DNA of 64,000 nt from Porphyridium purpureum (taxonomy: Eukaryota). Below the pieces are notes generated by a model, which saw only the letters and a list, made by a program, of their open reading frames with translations, did not search any database and had not been told where the DNA came from. The stretch lies in contig VRMN01000002.1 of assembly GCA_008690995.1 (NCBI GenBank), positions 744,001-808,000 of the forward strand, written 5' to 3'. The translations under genes were made by a program, and so were the position numbers. Below are positions 10,387-20,667 of this stretch, one piece after another (the first letter of the stretch is position 1; every line of letters starts with the position of its first letter).

Positions 10387-12201
10387 CTACGTCTTGTCCT
10401 CGGCCTTCTTTGTCTCGGATGGATTTGAGTACGCGTGTTCGAGGTGCAGAGATACAGCGCGGCCAAACTCTTTGCGTAAGCTCTCTGCACTATCTAGTTG
10501 CGGACCCAGTTGCAAGCTTTCACTTGTCTCATCGAGCTCGAAAAATATTTGCGCACTGGAGTTCATTTGCGGCGTAGGCGGTGCGGTGAGATCGTTGCCC
10601 TTTTCGATATTGATAATTTTGTACGGTTCAAGCTTCCCGCGAAGCCAAAGTAGACATTTTTGGAGCTCAAGCGCCTGCTCAGACTCCACCGTAATGATTG
10701 TTCGGCAGTCTTCTCGATTCAGCATGGGGTAACTCCCAATGTGGACAGGCAAGAGCCTTGCCGCCTCCTTGAGGACATTTACCACTTCGCGCTCGTCCAC
10801 CCCGAGGTAGATTTTGACGCAGTAAAAACGCCGCGTGCTTCGATGTTTTTCTAGGACCGCTTTTAGCCCAATCTCAAAGTACTCCGGTATGCCCGGCAGC
10901 GCAAAGACACGATCTCTTATGCAGACCACCGGGAAGTCATGTCCGGTGTACACAAGCGCGCTTGTCGATGGAATATCTGACATCTTGAGCGAGCTGGAGC
11001 CGCAGTACTGCATAACTACCTTTTCCAATGCCATATTTCTGACAATCACATCACCGAAAGCATCCGCTATACCTTCATAGGTTAAATCGTCGTGCGTCGC
11101 GCCCACACCTCCGCTTGTAAACACGAGGTCATACTTCAGATTCACAAATCTCGCCACCTCACGCGCAATTTCCTCGCGTGAGTCACGAACCATGCTTACG
11201 CGCTCGAGCGAAACGCCCGCGTCGCGCAGCATCTGACTCGCTCCGAACAGGTTTTTCTCGGGCATCTTGCCAGAGAGCAGCTCATCACCGACCAAGATGA
11301 TTGCGCAGGTATTGACGTGCGACACCGGTGCGTGTTCCACTTGAGCTTGTATTTCAACACTGGACGTCGAAGCCACCGCGGCTGCCGCTTCGCCTTTACC
11401 TCTGCCGGAGCGCTCATGCTGCTCATCAAACAGCTTGTACGCCGGCATGTAACTTCCATCCGGAAGCAAGAGCGACGGGTTTTTCCTCGAGTCGGCGCGC
11501 GAACCAAGTGACGTGAAACCAGCGTCGTAAAGCTTGCAGTAAGGAAGCTGCATACCTCTCAAAAAGCGCCAAACGTCACCATACCGCCACTCCAAAATTG
11601 GATTCACGCGCATGAACGGGACGTAGTTCTTAGTCGAAGGCGCGAACAAGGTCAGATTTTTGCCATCCGGGTCTGTCCTGCGCGTGCCGAGCACAAACGC
11701 CATCACGCCGGTGTTTTTGACGTACTCCTTCAATCCGGCCTTGTACCCGCCGCGTTGAAAGACGATATTGAGCTTGTACTTGTTCGCACACGAGCGGACA
11801 AAGTTCTCGATTTCCGGGAAATCATCCTGCCCCGACAAGTATACTGCGTTCATGATCGGCGGCACTCGCTTCTCGTTGCTCTGATCCTCACAGGAAATTT
11901 CTTCGTCGCCATCTCTGCCAAGACTGTAGTTGGCTATTGCAGCGCGATACAAGTGCAGTACGCACGTGATATCCTTGCCGCCATTAAACGCCAGCGACAC
12001 GCGTTCCGGGGTATACACGTGCAGCGCTGATTCCAAAGTGTCCAGACTTGCATTCAAGCGCTCCGCAAAGCCTCTGTCTACGGTATCTTCGCGGTCCTCG
12101 TAGGAGCGAATCGCCGAGTAGAGCGCCAACCCTTGAATCATCGTGTCGTCATCAGTCCCGCCACCCACGGACTCTGTTGCCGCCGTCGCTGCAGTGGCCA
12201 T
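10387..12201 (-). CDS. FAD synthase (PAPS-reductase domain + C-terminal molybdopterin-binding/CinA-like domain)
   Basis: LAFNGGKD, GTRRTDP, MRVNPILEW, YCKLYDAGFTSLG, then VGDELLSG and TSGGVGATHDDLT. First ATG in the frame is 12201; the true start may be the next Met. Confidence 0.92.
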   Translation of the reverse strand: MATAATAATESVGGGTDDDTMIQGLALYSAIRSYEDREDTVDRGFAERLNASLDTLESALHVYTPERVSLAFNGGKDITCVLHLYRAAIANYSLGRDGDEEISCEDQSNEKRVPPIMNAVYLSGQDDFPEIENFVRSCANKYKLNIVFQRGGYKAGLKEYVKNTGVMAFVLGTRRTDPDGKNLTLFAPSTKNYVPFMRVNPILEWRYGDVWRFLRGMQLPYCKLYDAGFTSLGSRADSRKNPSLLLPDGSYMPAYKLFDEQHERSGRGKGEAAAAVASTSSVEIQAQVEHAPVSHVNTCAIILVGDELLSGKMPEKNLFGASQMLRDAGVSLERVSMVRDSREEIAREVARFVNLKYDLVFTSGGVGATHDDLTYEGIADAFGDVIVRNMALEKVVMQYCGSSSLKMSDIPSTSALVYTGHDFPVVCIRDRVFALPGIPEYFEIGLKAVLEKHRSTRRFYCVKIYLGVDEREVVNVLKEAARLLPVHIGSYPMLNREDCRTIITVESEQALELQKCLLWLRGKLEPYKIINIEKGNDLTAPPTPQMNSSAQIFFELDETSESLQLGPQLDSAESLRKEFGRAVSLHLEHAYSNPSETKKAEDKT

Positions 12202-12207
12202 CGTACA

Positions 12208-12723
12208 ATGTTCCACGCGTTGTCTCCAATGTGGCGCGGTGCCGCAAAATGCTGGGCACGCGCTCTGCCAACGCTGAGCAAGACAAGCAGCCTGCCGTCG
12301 CGCTTCTTTTCGGAGTGGAAATTGGGCAAGCTCAATCACATTGCCATCGCTACGACGGACGTGAACAAGGCTGGAGCGTTTTACAGAGACGTGCTAGGTG
12401 CAACGGTTTCGCCCGTACAACCACTGCCGGAACACGGTGTGTCCGTGGTCTTTGTGGAGCTACAGAACAAGTCGAAAATCGAGCTGCTGGAGCCCTTGGG
12501 TGACACGAGTCCAATCCAAAACTTTCTCAGCAAAAATCCGGGAGGAGGCGTGCATCACATTTGTCTCGAAGTGAGCGATATTGCAAAGGCAGTGGCGCAT
12601 TTGCGCAAACAGAACGTGCGCACGCTCACGGAGACCACCAAAATCGGCGCTCACGGAAAGCCAGTGATGTTTCTGCATCCAAAGGACTGCAACGGTGTCT
12701 TGATAGAGATCGAGCAAGAATAG
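12208..12723 (+). CDS. MCEE: Methylmalonyl-CoA epimerase, mitochondrial
   Basis: LNHIAIA, LPEHGVSVVFV, KIELLEPLG, GGVHHICLEV, KIGAHGKPVMFLHPKDCNGVLIEIEQ; presequence-like N-terminus. Confidence 0.95.
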   Translation: MFHALSPMWRGAAKCWARALPTLSKTSSLPSRFFSEWKLGKLNHIAIATTDVNKAGAFYRDVLGATVSPVQPLPEHGVSVVFVELQNKSKIELLEPLGDTSPIQNFLSKNPGGGVHHICLEVSDIAKAVAHLRKQNVRTLTETTKIGAHGKPVMFLHPKDCNGVLIEIEQE

Positions 12724-12741
12724 GCGAGCCAATTTCCACCG

Positions 12742-14019
12742 TCAAGGCACAAAGCTCTGATCACTATCATTGTCATCATCCGCGTCGTCGGTGCCAGACG
12801 GCTCCTCTTCGTCAGATGTGTCAGACCGTTGTTCGCCGCTTGGCGACGCACTGGAAGCGCTTGATTTGGGTCTTCCCGTTCTTGGCCGAGTCCCCTGCGA
12901 GACATTCGGTGTGGACACTTGTCGCTTTGGCCCTCTTCTCGTTGCTGCCACGGTAACTCTGTTGCCTTGGATACTATGACCATCTTCGCTGGAATCATCC
13001 AAGGACACCACTTGAGGCGCTTTGCGCTTTGCTGTCTTTGGTGAGATAAAACTCATTAGGGAAGACTGAATAGGTGCTTCAGCTTTGCTGTTTTGCTTCA
13101 CACCTACTCTTGCATCTTTGCGCGCGTCGACGGCGCCTTTCTTTTCGTCGGTGTGGGCGCTTTTCCCTCGCGATCGCGACTTCTGCGTGTTCTCGCCGTC
13201 ACTCACATCCATTCCGTCATCGTCTCGCTCCACGTCGTCAGCCTCCTCGTCATCATCCTTACCCGAACTGCTTTGATCCATGGAGATGCGGCGATGAGCA
13301 GCCCTCGGCTTTCTTGCTGGTCTACTTTGTGGTTGGACTGCCTCGTCCTCTGAGCTTGACTCAGTGTGAGACTCGACGTCCTTGGCCTCCTCCTTCACGA
13401 CTTCCTGAAGACTGCGAGAAATCCAGGATTCGCCAAGCTGAGTATCTGTCGGCACCACTCCGCTTCTAGAGCTCTTGTCGCCACTCTGCGGTGCAGACTC
13501 AATCCACTGCCACTCCGACAACAACAGTACGTTGTGCAGCACGTCCTGGACGCGCACATGCGACTTTATACTCTTGGCGCGCCCCACCTTTTTCATCGTC
13601 AGGTATGTGTTGGCCGTCCGCACGAGCGTGCCGCGCAGCAGCAGCGTGCCTTGGCCGGGCACGTGCAGTTCCATGCCGGGATTGGGCGTATCGAGGTCGA
13701 TAATCTTTCCGACATTGGCGCAATCATCTGGCAGCGAGATGGCACCGGGCAGCATGACAAGGTAGCGCGCCTTGCGTGGCGCGTTCTTCTTGACAACATC
13801 GAAGCCTTCGCTCTTTCGAAGCGCGTGAGGCGCGTGCGTGCTCTGCAACGCCGCGCCGTGCCGGCTCCATAGCACTTGCGAGTCGGTTATCACCACGCGG
13901 TTTTCCGCGACCTTGCGCAGGCGCTTGCTCTCTGCGCGCACATCTGCCAGCGCCTGCTCATCCATCTTGTCCAACAGCCTGTCCACACCCGAATATCCAT
14001 TCCCTTCTTTTCTCGACAT
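12742..14019 (-). CDS. RHL1: RHL1-like DNA-binding protein (topoisomerase VI accessory subunit)
   Basis: DVVKKNAPRKARYLVMLPG...LDTPNP...GTLV...NTYLTM...LSEWQWI matches the plant RHL1 core as I recall it; charged disordered C-terminus. Confidence 0.8.
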   Translation of the reverse strand: MSRKEGNGYSGVDRLLDKMDEQALADVRAESKRLRKVAENRVVITDSQVLWSRHGAALQSTHAPHALRKSEGFDVVKKNAPRKARYLVMLPGAISLPDDCANVGKIIDLDTPNPGMELHVPGQGTLLLRGTLVRTANTYLTMKKVGRAKSIKSHVRVQDVLHNVLLLSEWQWIESAPQSGDKSSRSGVVPTDTQLGESWISRSLQEVVKEEAKDVESHTESSSEDEAVQPQSRPARKPRAAHRRISMDQSSSGKDDDEEADDVERDDDGMDVSDGENTQKSRSRGKSAHTDEKKGAVDARKDARVGVKQNSKAEAPIQSSLMSFISPKTAKRKAPQVVSLDDSSEDGHSIQGNRVTVAATRRGPKRQVSTPNVSQGTRPRTGRPKSSASSASPSGEQRSDTSDEEEPSGTDDADDDNDSDQSFVP

Positions 14020-14179
14020 CGCGGCCAGGCGTCGTGCGCGTCCGTGCTTTCATATGAAAGCAACCACGTTTTGTTATAAGCTTGCGCGGGACCCAAAAGC
14101 TGGACCGTGAAGGGTTGCGATTTTGGCGCGAAAGCGGGCGTGTTGTTGACGGGCGAGACGGAGGAGAGCCAGGCGAACG

Positions 14180-14773
14180 ATGGACGGCCGTCACTTGCAG
14201 AATGGAAGGGTCGGGGAGCCGTCTTCGGCAGTGGCGGCAGTCGTGAGAACGGCCGTGCCTGCGCGCGTGAGCCGGATCAAGCGGGAGCTGGAGATGTTGC
14301 GGAGTTCGCCGCCAGCCGGGGTCGCCGGTTGGCCGGCGCGAGATCGCCACGGCGACGAGCTGCTTGGCGAAATCGAGGCGCGCATTGTGTCCAGCGAGGA
14401 CAGTGCGTACCGAGGCGCCGAGTTTAGTCTCTACGTCACCCTCCCACAGAGGTATCCGTTCGAGCCTCCCAGCGTGCGCTTCGAGACGCCGGTGTACCAC
14501 CCAAACATTGACGCTGATGGGCGCATCTGTCTCGACCTGCTCAACATGCCACCAAAGGGCGCGTGGAAACCATCGCTAAACGTGCCTACCGTGCTGGCTA
14601 GCATACAACTGTTGCTCGCAGAGCCCAACCCAGATGACCCGCTCGTCCAGGACATTGCCGCACAGCTCGTGGCCGACCCAGCTGCGTTTCGGGACGCCGC
14701 GTTCAGGCACGCGCGCGCGCATGCCACGTTTCCAGAGAAGCCGAAGAAGCAAAAGTCCGACGCAGGCACGTGA
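14180..14773 (+). CDS. Ubiquitin-conjugating enzyme E2 (UBE2T/UBC37-like)
   Basis: YPFEPPSVRFETPVYHPNIDADGRICLDLLNMPPKGAWKPSLN. Confidence 0.92.
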   Translation: MDGRHLQNGRVGEPSSAVAAVVRTAVPARVSRIKRELEMLRSSPPAGVAGWPARDRHGDELLGEIEARIVSSEDSAYRGAEFSLYVTLPQRYPFEPPSVRFETPVYHPNIDADGRICLDLLNMPPKGAWKPSLNVPTVLASIQLLLAEPNPDDPLVQDIAAQLVADPAAFRDAAFRHARAHATFPEKPKKQKSDAGT

Positions 14774-15263
14774 AGGGGACTTTGCGCGTCGTTGCGACAT
14801 CCATCACTGTGCGACCTGCAGATCAACACCCATCACGCCGCAACCTATCTCGGCGTCCTGCGTACCACGCAGTCATCACCACTGGGAGATTCTGGCGCAT
14901 TGTGGAAAGCAAGGAGCCTGTCCATTCTTGTCTTTGGTCCGCTCCGACCCAATGGTGCATTGGCAGACGGTCTCAACAACCTTCAGCCACGCACGTGCAT
15001 CCTGGTCTTCTTGTTTGGGGGTTTGAATCCACCAACTAGCCGGAGCTGATCAGCTGTGTTTATAGTAAAACGAGCATGATTTCATACGAAATCTTTGTTA
15101 ATGAGGATACGAGGTGTACAGTTGGCGTTATGGAGACAAAATGCGCGAATGTTTGCCCAGGACAAGAAGACGATGGGTGAGATGCTTCGAGGCGTCAGCG
15201 TCAGCGCCAGTAGCAGCGGTGGCGGCGTTGGCGATTTATGTGGAGAGCCTCGCACGTCGCTTT

Positions 15264-16328
15264 ATGTACAGTGAGGAAACGACAGGCGCGATGGTCGTAG
15301 CTCTGCAGACGGCGCTACTGGCGCTGCTGTTCCTGGCAACAGGGTACATGATGGGTGTGTGGTATGGGCCTGGCACCGCTCCGCTCGGTGCCGGCGAGAC
15401 TGACATGAGAACCGCGCTCGTGAGCCGCGCACCAGCGGGGTCGTGGGGTGCGCGCGAAAGCGAGAAGGAGCTCGTGTACAATAGCCCGGCGCGCCAGGCG
15501 TTTAAAGGGACATCCACACAGTTGCCGATCAGCTGGGGCGTGTTCCATTCGATGCTGATCTGCGGCCCGCTGCCGGATGTCGAACAGAGAGATCGCTGCG
15601 TCGATCAATACGCCGATATTTCGGGTGCCTGGACAGATACAGTCACCACGTTCACGAATGCGCTGTGCCCAGATTGCGATCTGCCAGACTTTGCAAAGCT
15701 GCTCGCGATGCATGAGGCCGAGCAAAACCGCAGCTTATTCGTGTTTGTGGTGGACGGAAGCTCGCGGCCGGACGTCGTGCAAATATTTCTAGACCTTGGC
15801 CATCACATATGGAATTGTGACCACAACGAAACGGCTGGCTTGGGGCTGTCGCACGAGAGATTGGAAATAGTCCAGCCAGTCAACGGCATTTGCAACGCTG
15901 ACGAGTCAATGCGCCACAAGGTGATGGACTTTTTACTGTTCCTGAATCCAAAGTTTACGGCGTCCAGTCTCTTTGCTGCCGAAAGGCACCTGTCTGTTGC
16001 GTGGTTTGTGCTGATGGACCTGGAAACAGTGGCGCTGCGCATGGCCAAAGTGAAACCGCAGCAAATTCTTGCAATGCTCGAGCGCAATGAGTTTGGCATC
16101 GCCGAGGTGAACCGCGCGACACTTGTGACGCTGAACTTGCGCGTGACCAACACCATTTCGCACTCGACCGACCAAAGCTACCTGCGAAACCCGCAGTCGT
16201 TTCGCACGTACGAGTATCTGCTCATGGATAACCGTCAGGATAAGCTTGAGCTGGGTCGCCTGCTCGTGCAAAACAGAAGATCCACGCTCTTTGCCTTCCG
16301 CTTTGCCGAACAAATTTCGCGACTGTAA
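15264..16328 (+). CDS. Type II membrane protein, possibly a divergent FkbM-like methyltransferase
   Basis: Long ORF with N-terminal TM helix (VVALQTALLALLFLATGYMMGVWY) and alpha/beta lumenal part. Start uncertain (ATG 15141, 15264 or later). Family assignment is weak. Confidence 0.6.
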   Translation: MYSEETTGAMVVALQTALLALLFLATGYMMGVWYGPGTAPLGAGETDMRTALVSRAPAGSWGARESEKELVYNSPARQAFKGTSTQLPISWGVFHSMLICGPLPDVEQRDRCVDQYADISGAWTDTVTTFTNALCPDCDLPDFAKLLAMHEAEQNRSLFVFVVDGSSRPDVVQIFLDLGHHIWNCDHNETAGLGLSHERLEIVQPVNGICNADESMRHKVMDFLLFLNPKFTASSLFAAERHLSVAWFVLMDLETVALRMAKVKPQQILAMLERNEFGIAEVNRATLVTLNLRVTNTISHSTDQSYLRNPQSFRTYEYLLMDNRQDKLELGRLLVQNRRSTLFAFRFAEQISRL

Positions 16329-16490
16329 AGAAAAACAAAAACCAAAAAGAAAAACCCCAGCAAGCATACTTGGAATCACGACAAAATTGTTCTTCGGCGC
16401 GGGATCCGAGTCGAGCCCGACGCGTTGTGGGGAAAGTCTCCTCGCGCCGGACGTTGAGTTCCTCCCTTCCTTCTTACTCCGTGTTCCGTC

Positions 16491-18392
16491 ATGGACATCT
16501 GCGCCTTCGTGTCCTTTGCGCCATGTGCACGGAAGGTGTTGGCGCGGGGCGAGTCGACATGCTTGGTTCCTTGGCACGTGAACGCGCCGACGTGGCCCGC
16601 TCGAACCAGCGCGGGCGCCGTGAAGCGCTTTGCGCAAAACGCTGCGGGCGGTTCCAGCAGAGCTGAAGCGGACGAGCCGCCTGTACCGACCCCATTGCCG
16701 CCACCGGAACTGATCGCTTCAGCCGTGAGCACAAAGCTGTCGCTCGAAGAAGCCCTGGAGGACGCCACGTCGAGGGCTCTGCTCAAGCTGAAGCTGGCAG
16801 AGGGCCAAGCACCGTCGCTGGCAATTGTTTATGTATCCTCACTGTATACGGATCTGGCCACGAGCTTTTCCAATGCAAGCGATAGTGGAACAGGACGAAC
16901 TGCGTCGCGTTCTGGTGGCTCAGCATACTCGCCGGACGCCAGTCCGAATGGTGCGGCTCCCATGGCAAACCTGGTGCCTCTGCTTAGAGAGCTCGTGCCT
17001 GGCCTCCAAAATATTGTTGGATGCACCGTGAGCGGAGTCATCGGGTCACGTGGAGGCCGGGACACGGTTCCTAGTGATAATGAGCTCCGTGAGGGGCCAT
17101 CACGCTCAAACATTAGCAGTGCAGGCGCTTTCAGTGCGGAAGCGAGGCGGAAGCGATACTCGAAACCAGTTCCATCCGCTGAAATGCGTCTCGTGGATGA
17201 AATTGAGAAAGAGCCGGGTGTGTCTGTTACATTCTTGAACATTCCAGGCATTGGGTGCACAACTTTTGCCGTCACCGAGGACACACTGCCAGATTTAGAC
17301 TCATCTCCGGAGGTATGGGAGCAGCTGGTTTTCACGGGTCAGTCCGTGACCAACCAGGTGGATGCTGCTGAGACCGTTCCCACACCCGCAGACGTTTTTG
17401 CATTTCTGGTTTTAACGGAAAGCGACTCGGTGCAAACAGATTTTCCGAATAAGTTGCTACAGGGCCTTGATTACGCGTTCCCGCGCGCCGCGAAGCTGGG
17501 CGGTGAGGCAGCAGGGTTTGGAACCAGCTCCGGGAGTCTGATCTGCACGTTGCCGCGTGATGTCTTGCTTCGCACAAGCTCTGGTCTGCGTTCCAAAGGT
17601 GCAGTGGGAGTAGCGATACACAGAAGTGGACCGGCTCCTTCTGCTGCGGCAGAAACCGGTTCCTCAGCGAAGACGGAAAGGCGCCCCATCCTTCAATTCG
17701 AGACGCTAATTTCACATGGCTGTCGAGCGGTGGGGCCGGTATTCGTCATCGAAGGCGCTACGCGTCGCGGGTTGCTTCGAGTCCGCCCGGAGGGTGAAAC
17801 CAGCGCTTCGTCGTCCATGACGGCCGGTGGCAGCTTGAAATACTTGTTTGAGCGGGCTTCAAAGGCGGAGCAAACGCTCATTCAAAGCAGTTCGTTGTAT
17901 GTGGGCGTTATGCAGGACACATTCCAGCAAAAGTGGAACGACGACGACGTTGTTCTCACGCAAATGCTTGGGGTCGATGCGAGAGAAGGAAGTATTGAGC
18001 TCGGAAACCCTGTGCGCTCCGGGCAGCTGATGCGCTACTTTGTGGTCGATGCGTTCGAGGCCAAAGAGCGCCTGCAACGGCGTCTGAGCGGTTTCAAGGC
18101 GAGACAGCTGCAAGAGACGCTGCTACGCACATCCGGAGCAAACGACATGCGCGTGATTGGGGTGTGGGTCATTGCAGACAGGCTGCGTGGGAAGGCTCTG
18201 TATCGAGAGGAGTGCTGGGAAACGGATCGCGTGGCCGAATTTGTAGGGGGGAACTCGGGCCTTTCCATAAGTGGACTTTTCAGCGCTCATGAGTTGGGAT
18301 CATGGAAAGATGGATCGGGCATGTTGATTTCGTCACTCGGTCATAGTTTCAGCACCATTATTGGCGTTGTCCGCTATGGTCTCTCTGATTGA
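16491..18392 (+). CDS. FIST N/C domain protein, probably plastid-targeted
   Basis: SLAIVYVSS, IVGCTVSGVIG, EIEKEPGVSV, LLQGLDYAFP...KLGGEA, SHGCRAVGP, GLFSAHELG. Confidence 0.8.
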   Translation: MDICAFVSFAPCARKVLARGESTCLVPWHVNAPTWPARTSAGAVKRFAQNAAGGSSRAEADEPPVPTPLPPPELIASAVSTKLSLEEALEDATSRALLKLKLAEGQAPSLAIVYVSSLYTDLATSFSNASDSGTGRTASRSGGSAYSPDASPNGAAPMANLVPLLRELVPGLQNIVGCTVSGVIGSRGGRDTVPSDNELREGPSRSNISSAGAFSAEARRKRYSKPVPSAEMRLVDEIEKEPGVSVTFLNIPGIGCTTFAVTEDTLPDLDSSPEVWEQLVFTGQSVTNQVDAAETVPTPADVFAFLVLTESDSVQTDFPNKLLQGLDYAFPRAAKLGGEAAGFGTSSGSLICTLPRDVLLRTSSGLRSKGAVGVAIHRSGPAPSAAAETGSSAKTERRPILQFETLISHGCRAVGPVFVIEGATRRGLLRVRPEGETSASSSMTAGGSLKYLFERASKAEQTLIQSSSLYVGVMQDTFQQKWNDDDVVLTQMLGVDAREGSIELGNPVRSGQLMRYFVVDAFEAKERLQRRLSGFKARQLQETLLRTSGANDMRVIGVWVIADRLRGKALYREECWETDRVAEFVGGNSGLSISGLFSAHELGSWKDGSGMLISSLGHSFSTIIGVVRYGLSD

Positions 18393-18576
18393 GCAGTCGA
18401 CTTGCAGACCTAGACGGAAATTGTGTCTTGCTTCACCATCGATTGCCCAACTTTGAGATCAGCGCAGACTCGTAAAAAAGAAATGGCAACGCATTTTTTT
18501 TTGTGCAAAGCAATCCTACAGTGAACGCATAGAAAACAAGTGGAAGACTGTATTCTGCGGCGGCTATCAACTATCA

Positions 18577-20667
18577 CTACGCGGTCTGAGGGTAGTTGTA
18601 GGCCAGCAGGGAGTCTGGATCGAAACGATTTTTCTCGTGACAGACGTGCCCAAGCGTCAGTTCCTCAATCCGGTCCACTTCCATACTGCTGCCCACATAC
18701 AGCGGAACCGCCATATCCAGCGACCACGCACTAAGCTCCAAGAGTGGACGCTTACCCACACTGGCGCGACCTCCGGCGTGGCGTGCAATATAAGCCAGCG
18801 GCGCGGCGACGCTCAAGAACTGAGCCAGGTCCTTCTTGTGCGGGCCTGGCAACATAAGAATTCCTCCATTGATCAGCACCTTGTGAAAGTCGGAGACCAG
18901 GTTGTGCTCGTACCGCAGAATTCGACCGGAGCCCTCGGCTTCCAGCTCGGCCACGAACGCATTCACACCCTCTGGCGCATTCGGAAGCACCGAGGAGTCA
19001 ATCGAGTACACGGGTCCAGTTTCAGGGATGCGCACATGCTCTCGGCTCAGCACAAAATGCCCCGATGTGCGATCGAGCTTGAAGCCATGTACGCCGAACC
19101 CCATGCTGAACACAAGCTCAGCGGATGGTCCAAAAACACAGTAGCCTGCGGCCACTTGCTCGTAGCCTGTCCGCTGCAGCAAATCTGAAGAGTCGCCTGG
19201 TTTTCCAGGGGCCGACTTGCGATAGTACACTCCAAATATGTTCCCCATGCTGATACCCGGCGTTCCCATGAGCGGGTTGAAGACAACAATGTAGTTGCCC
19301 ACGTCCAGTCCGTCCTCGAGCGGCATTTCAGCCGACTCGGAAGAGAAAATGACGCAGCAGAGCCCGGAGGACGACAGCGAAGCGTGCAGCTGCGAGTTGG
19401 CGAAGTGCGTCAGCGCCGCACTGCTCATGTGCGGGTGGTCCGAGATGTATGCGGAGATGCACTTGCACGCAACACCGACTTCCGAAATGAGCAATGATAA
19501 ATCGTTCGAGTCGTGCGGGAACTTGCGCTGCTGCTGAGTGCAAAATCGCTTGATCGTCATCATCGAAATAGTCGGCGCAATCTCGGAAAACGACGGCGGG
19601 TCGATTTCAGTCATGTCCAGCATGCTTGAGGTTTTCTGCAGGCCCTTCTTGAACGCACCGAGTGCGCTAATAGGGCCACCGTACTTGGCTGATTCCTCGT
19701 CGATAATTTTCTGAGCTTGAGCGACTTCGATGTGCTTGTATGAGCCATCAATGGTTGTGTTCTGCACGTCGTGGTTCTTGTGCTGCACCTTGCCATTGAT
19801 GAGCTTACGCCACGCGTGGTAGCATTCGTCCACGATTTCCATGGCATAGTCGCGCGTCTGCACTTGCTCGCGGAACGCAAACATGTTGAGCGGTTTGCCG
19901 TCAGGTACCTTGTACGTGCGGAACCACGAGAACGTGGCGTGAATGAGCCCTGGCAAAAGCGTGTAAAGATCGTCCTTGTCGTTCAGCTTTTCTGCGATGG
20001 GATCCTTCACGTCAATGACCAGCACCTTCCAGTCCATCTCACCTTCGTCGATCATCCCGAGCACGCCAATCACCTTGACCTGCTTAACCTGACCGACGTA
20101 GCCGGCTTCCGAGCCCACCTCGCACACGTCCAGCGGATCGCCGTCACCGAGCGCGCCCGTCTCCATGTGGACCTGTGTCGGGTCCTCCCACGTCTGCGGG
20201 AAGCAGCCGTAGTTCCAGATGTAGCCCTTGTACGGATAGACGTTGTGCACGTAGCGCTTTTTCCCCTTCTTCTCATCCTGCACGATCGGCGCGAGCGGCT
20301 CCTTTGTCTTGAGCTCGAGCTTTGCGTTTGTCCAGCGCGGGATCTCGACAATCATGTTGAGGATGCCCTTCTCCTTGTCGACCCAGAGCGGAATATCATG
20401 CAGCGGGTTGACTGGCCCAAAGCCCTTCTTCATCATGAAGCTCTTGTAATTATCGCCCGTCCCGACGGGCAGCATCTCATACTCTGACGCCGCGGCGGTT
20501 GCCGGCAGAAGCGCAGCGCCGTCGCCATTCGGAGCCATCTGTCCGTTTCCGTCTGCGCCGTCCATCTCCCGCAGCCCCACTGCCCGACTCTTCTTCTTCT
20601 CCACACCGCTGTTGTCGTGACTGTTCTGCCCTTCACTCAATCCAGACGCCCGCCGCTTACTCGTCAT
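18577..20667 (-). CDS. Family I soluble inorganic pyrophosphatase fused to a degenerate class I FBPase-like domain
   Basis: PPase motifs EIPRWTNAKLE, WNYGCFPQTWEDP, GDGDPLDVCE, DEGEMDWK, WFRTYKVPDGK. C-terminal ~310 aa follow the FBPase pattern (GNYIVVFNPL.G, QVAAGYCVFG, GVHGFKLD, HAGGRAS). No stop between the domains. Confidence 0.88.
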   Translation of the reverse strand: MTSKRRASGLSEGQNSHDNSGVEKKKSRAVGLREMDGADGNGQMAPNGDGAALLPATAAASEYEMLPVGTGDNYKSFMMKKGFGPVNPLHDIPLWVDKEKGILNMIVEIPRWTNAKLELKTKEPLAPIVQDEKKGKKRYVHNVYPYKGYIWNYGCFPQTWEDPTQVHMETGALGDGDPLDVCEVGSEAGYVGQVKQVKVIGVLGMIDEGEMDWKVLVIDVKDPIAEKLNDKDDLYTLLPGLIHATFSWFRTYKVPDGKPLNMFAFREQVQTRDYAMEIVDECYHAWRKLINGKVQHKNHDVQNTTIDGSYKHIEVAQAQKIIDEESAKYGGPISALGAFKKGLQKTSSMLDMTEIDPPSFSEIAPTISMMTIKRFCTQQQRKFPHDSNDLSLLISEVGVACKCISAYISDHPHMSSAALTHFANSQLHASLSSSGLCCVIFSSESAEMPLEDGLDVGNYIVVFNPLMGTPGISMGNIFGVYYRKSAPGKPGDSSDLLQRTGYEQVAAGYCVFGPSAELVFSMGFGVHGFKLDRTSGHFVLSREHVRIPETGPVYSIDSSVLPNAPEGVNAFVAELEAEGSGRILRYEHNLVSDFHKVLINGGILMLPGPHKKDLAQFLSVAAPLAYIARHAGGRASVGKRPLLELSAWSLDMAVPLYVGSSMEVDRIEELTLGHVCHEKNRFDPDSLLAYNYPQTA

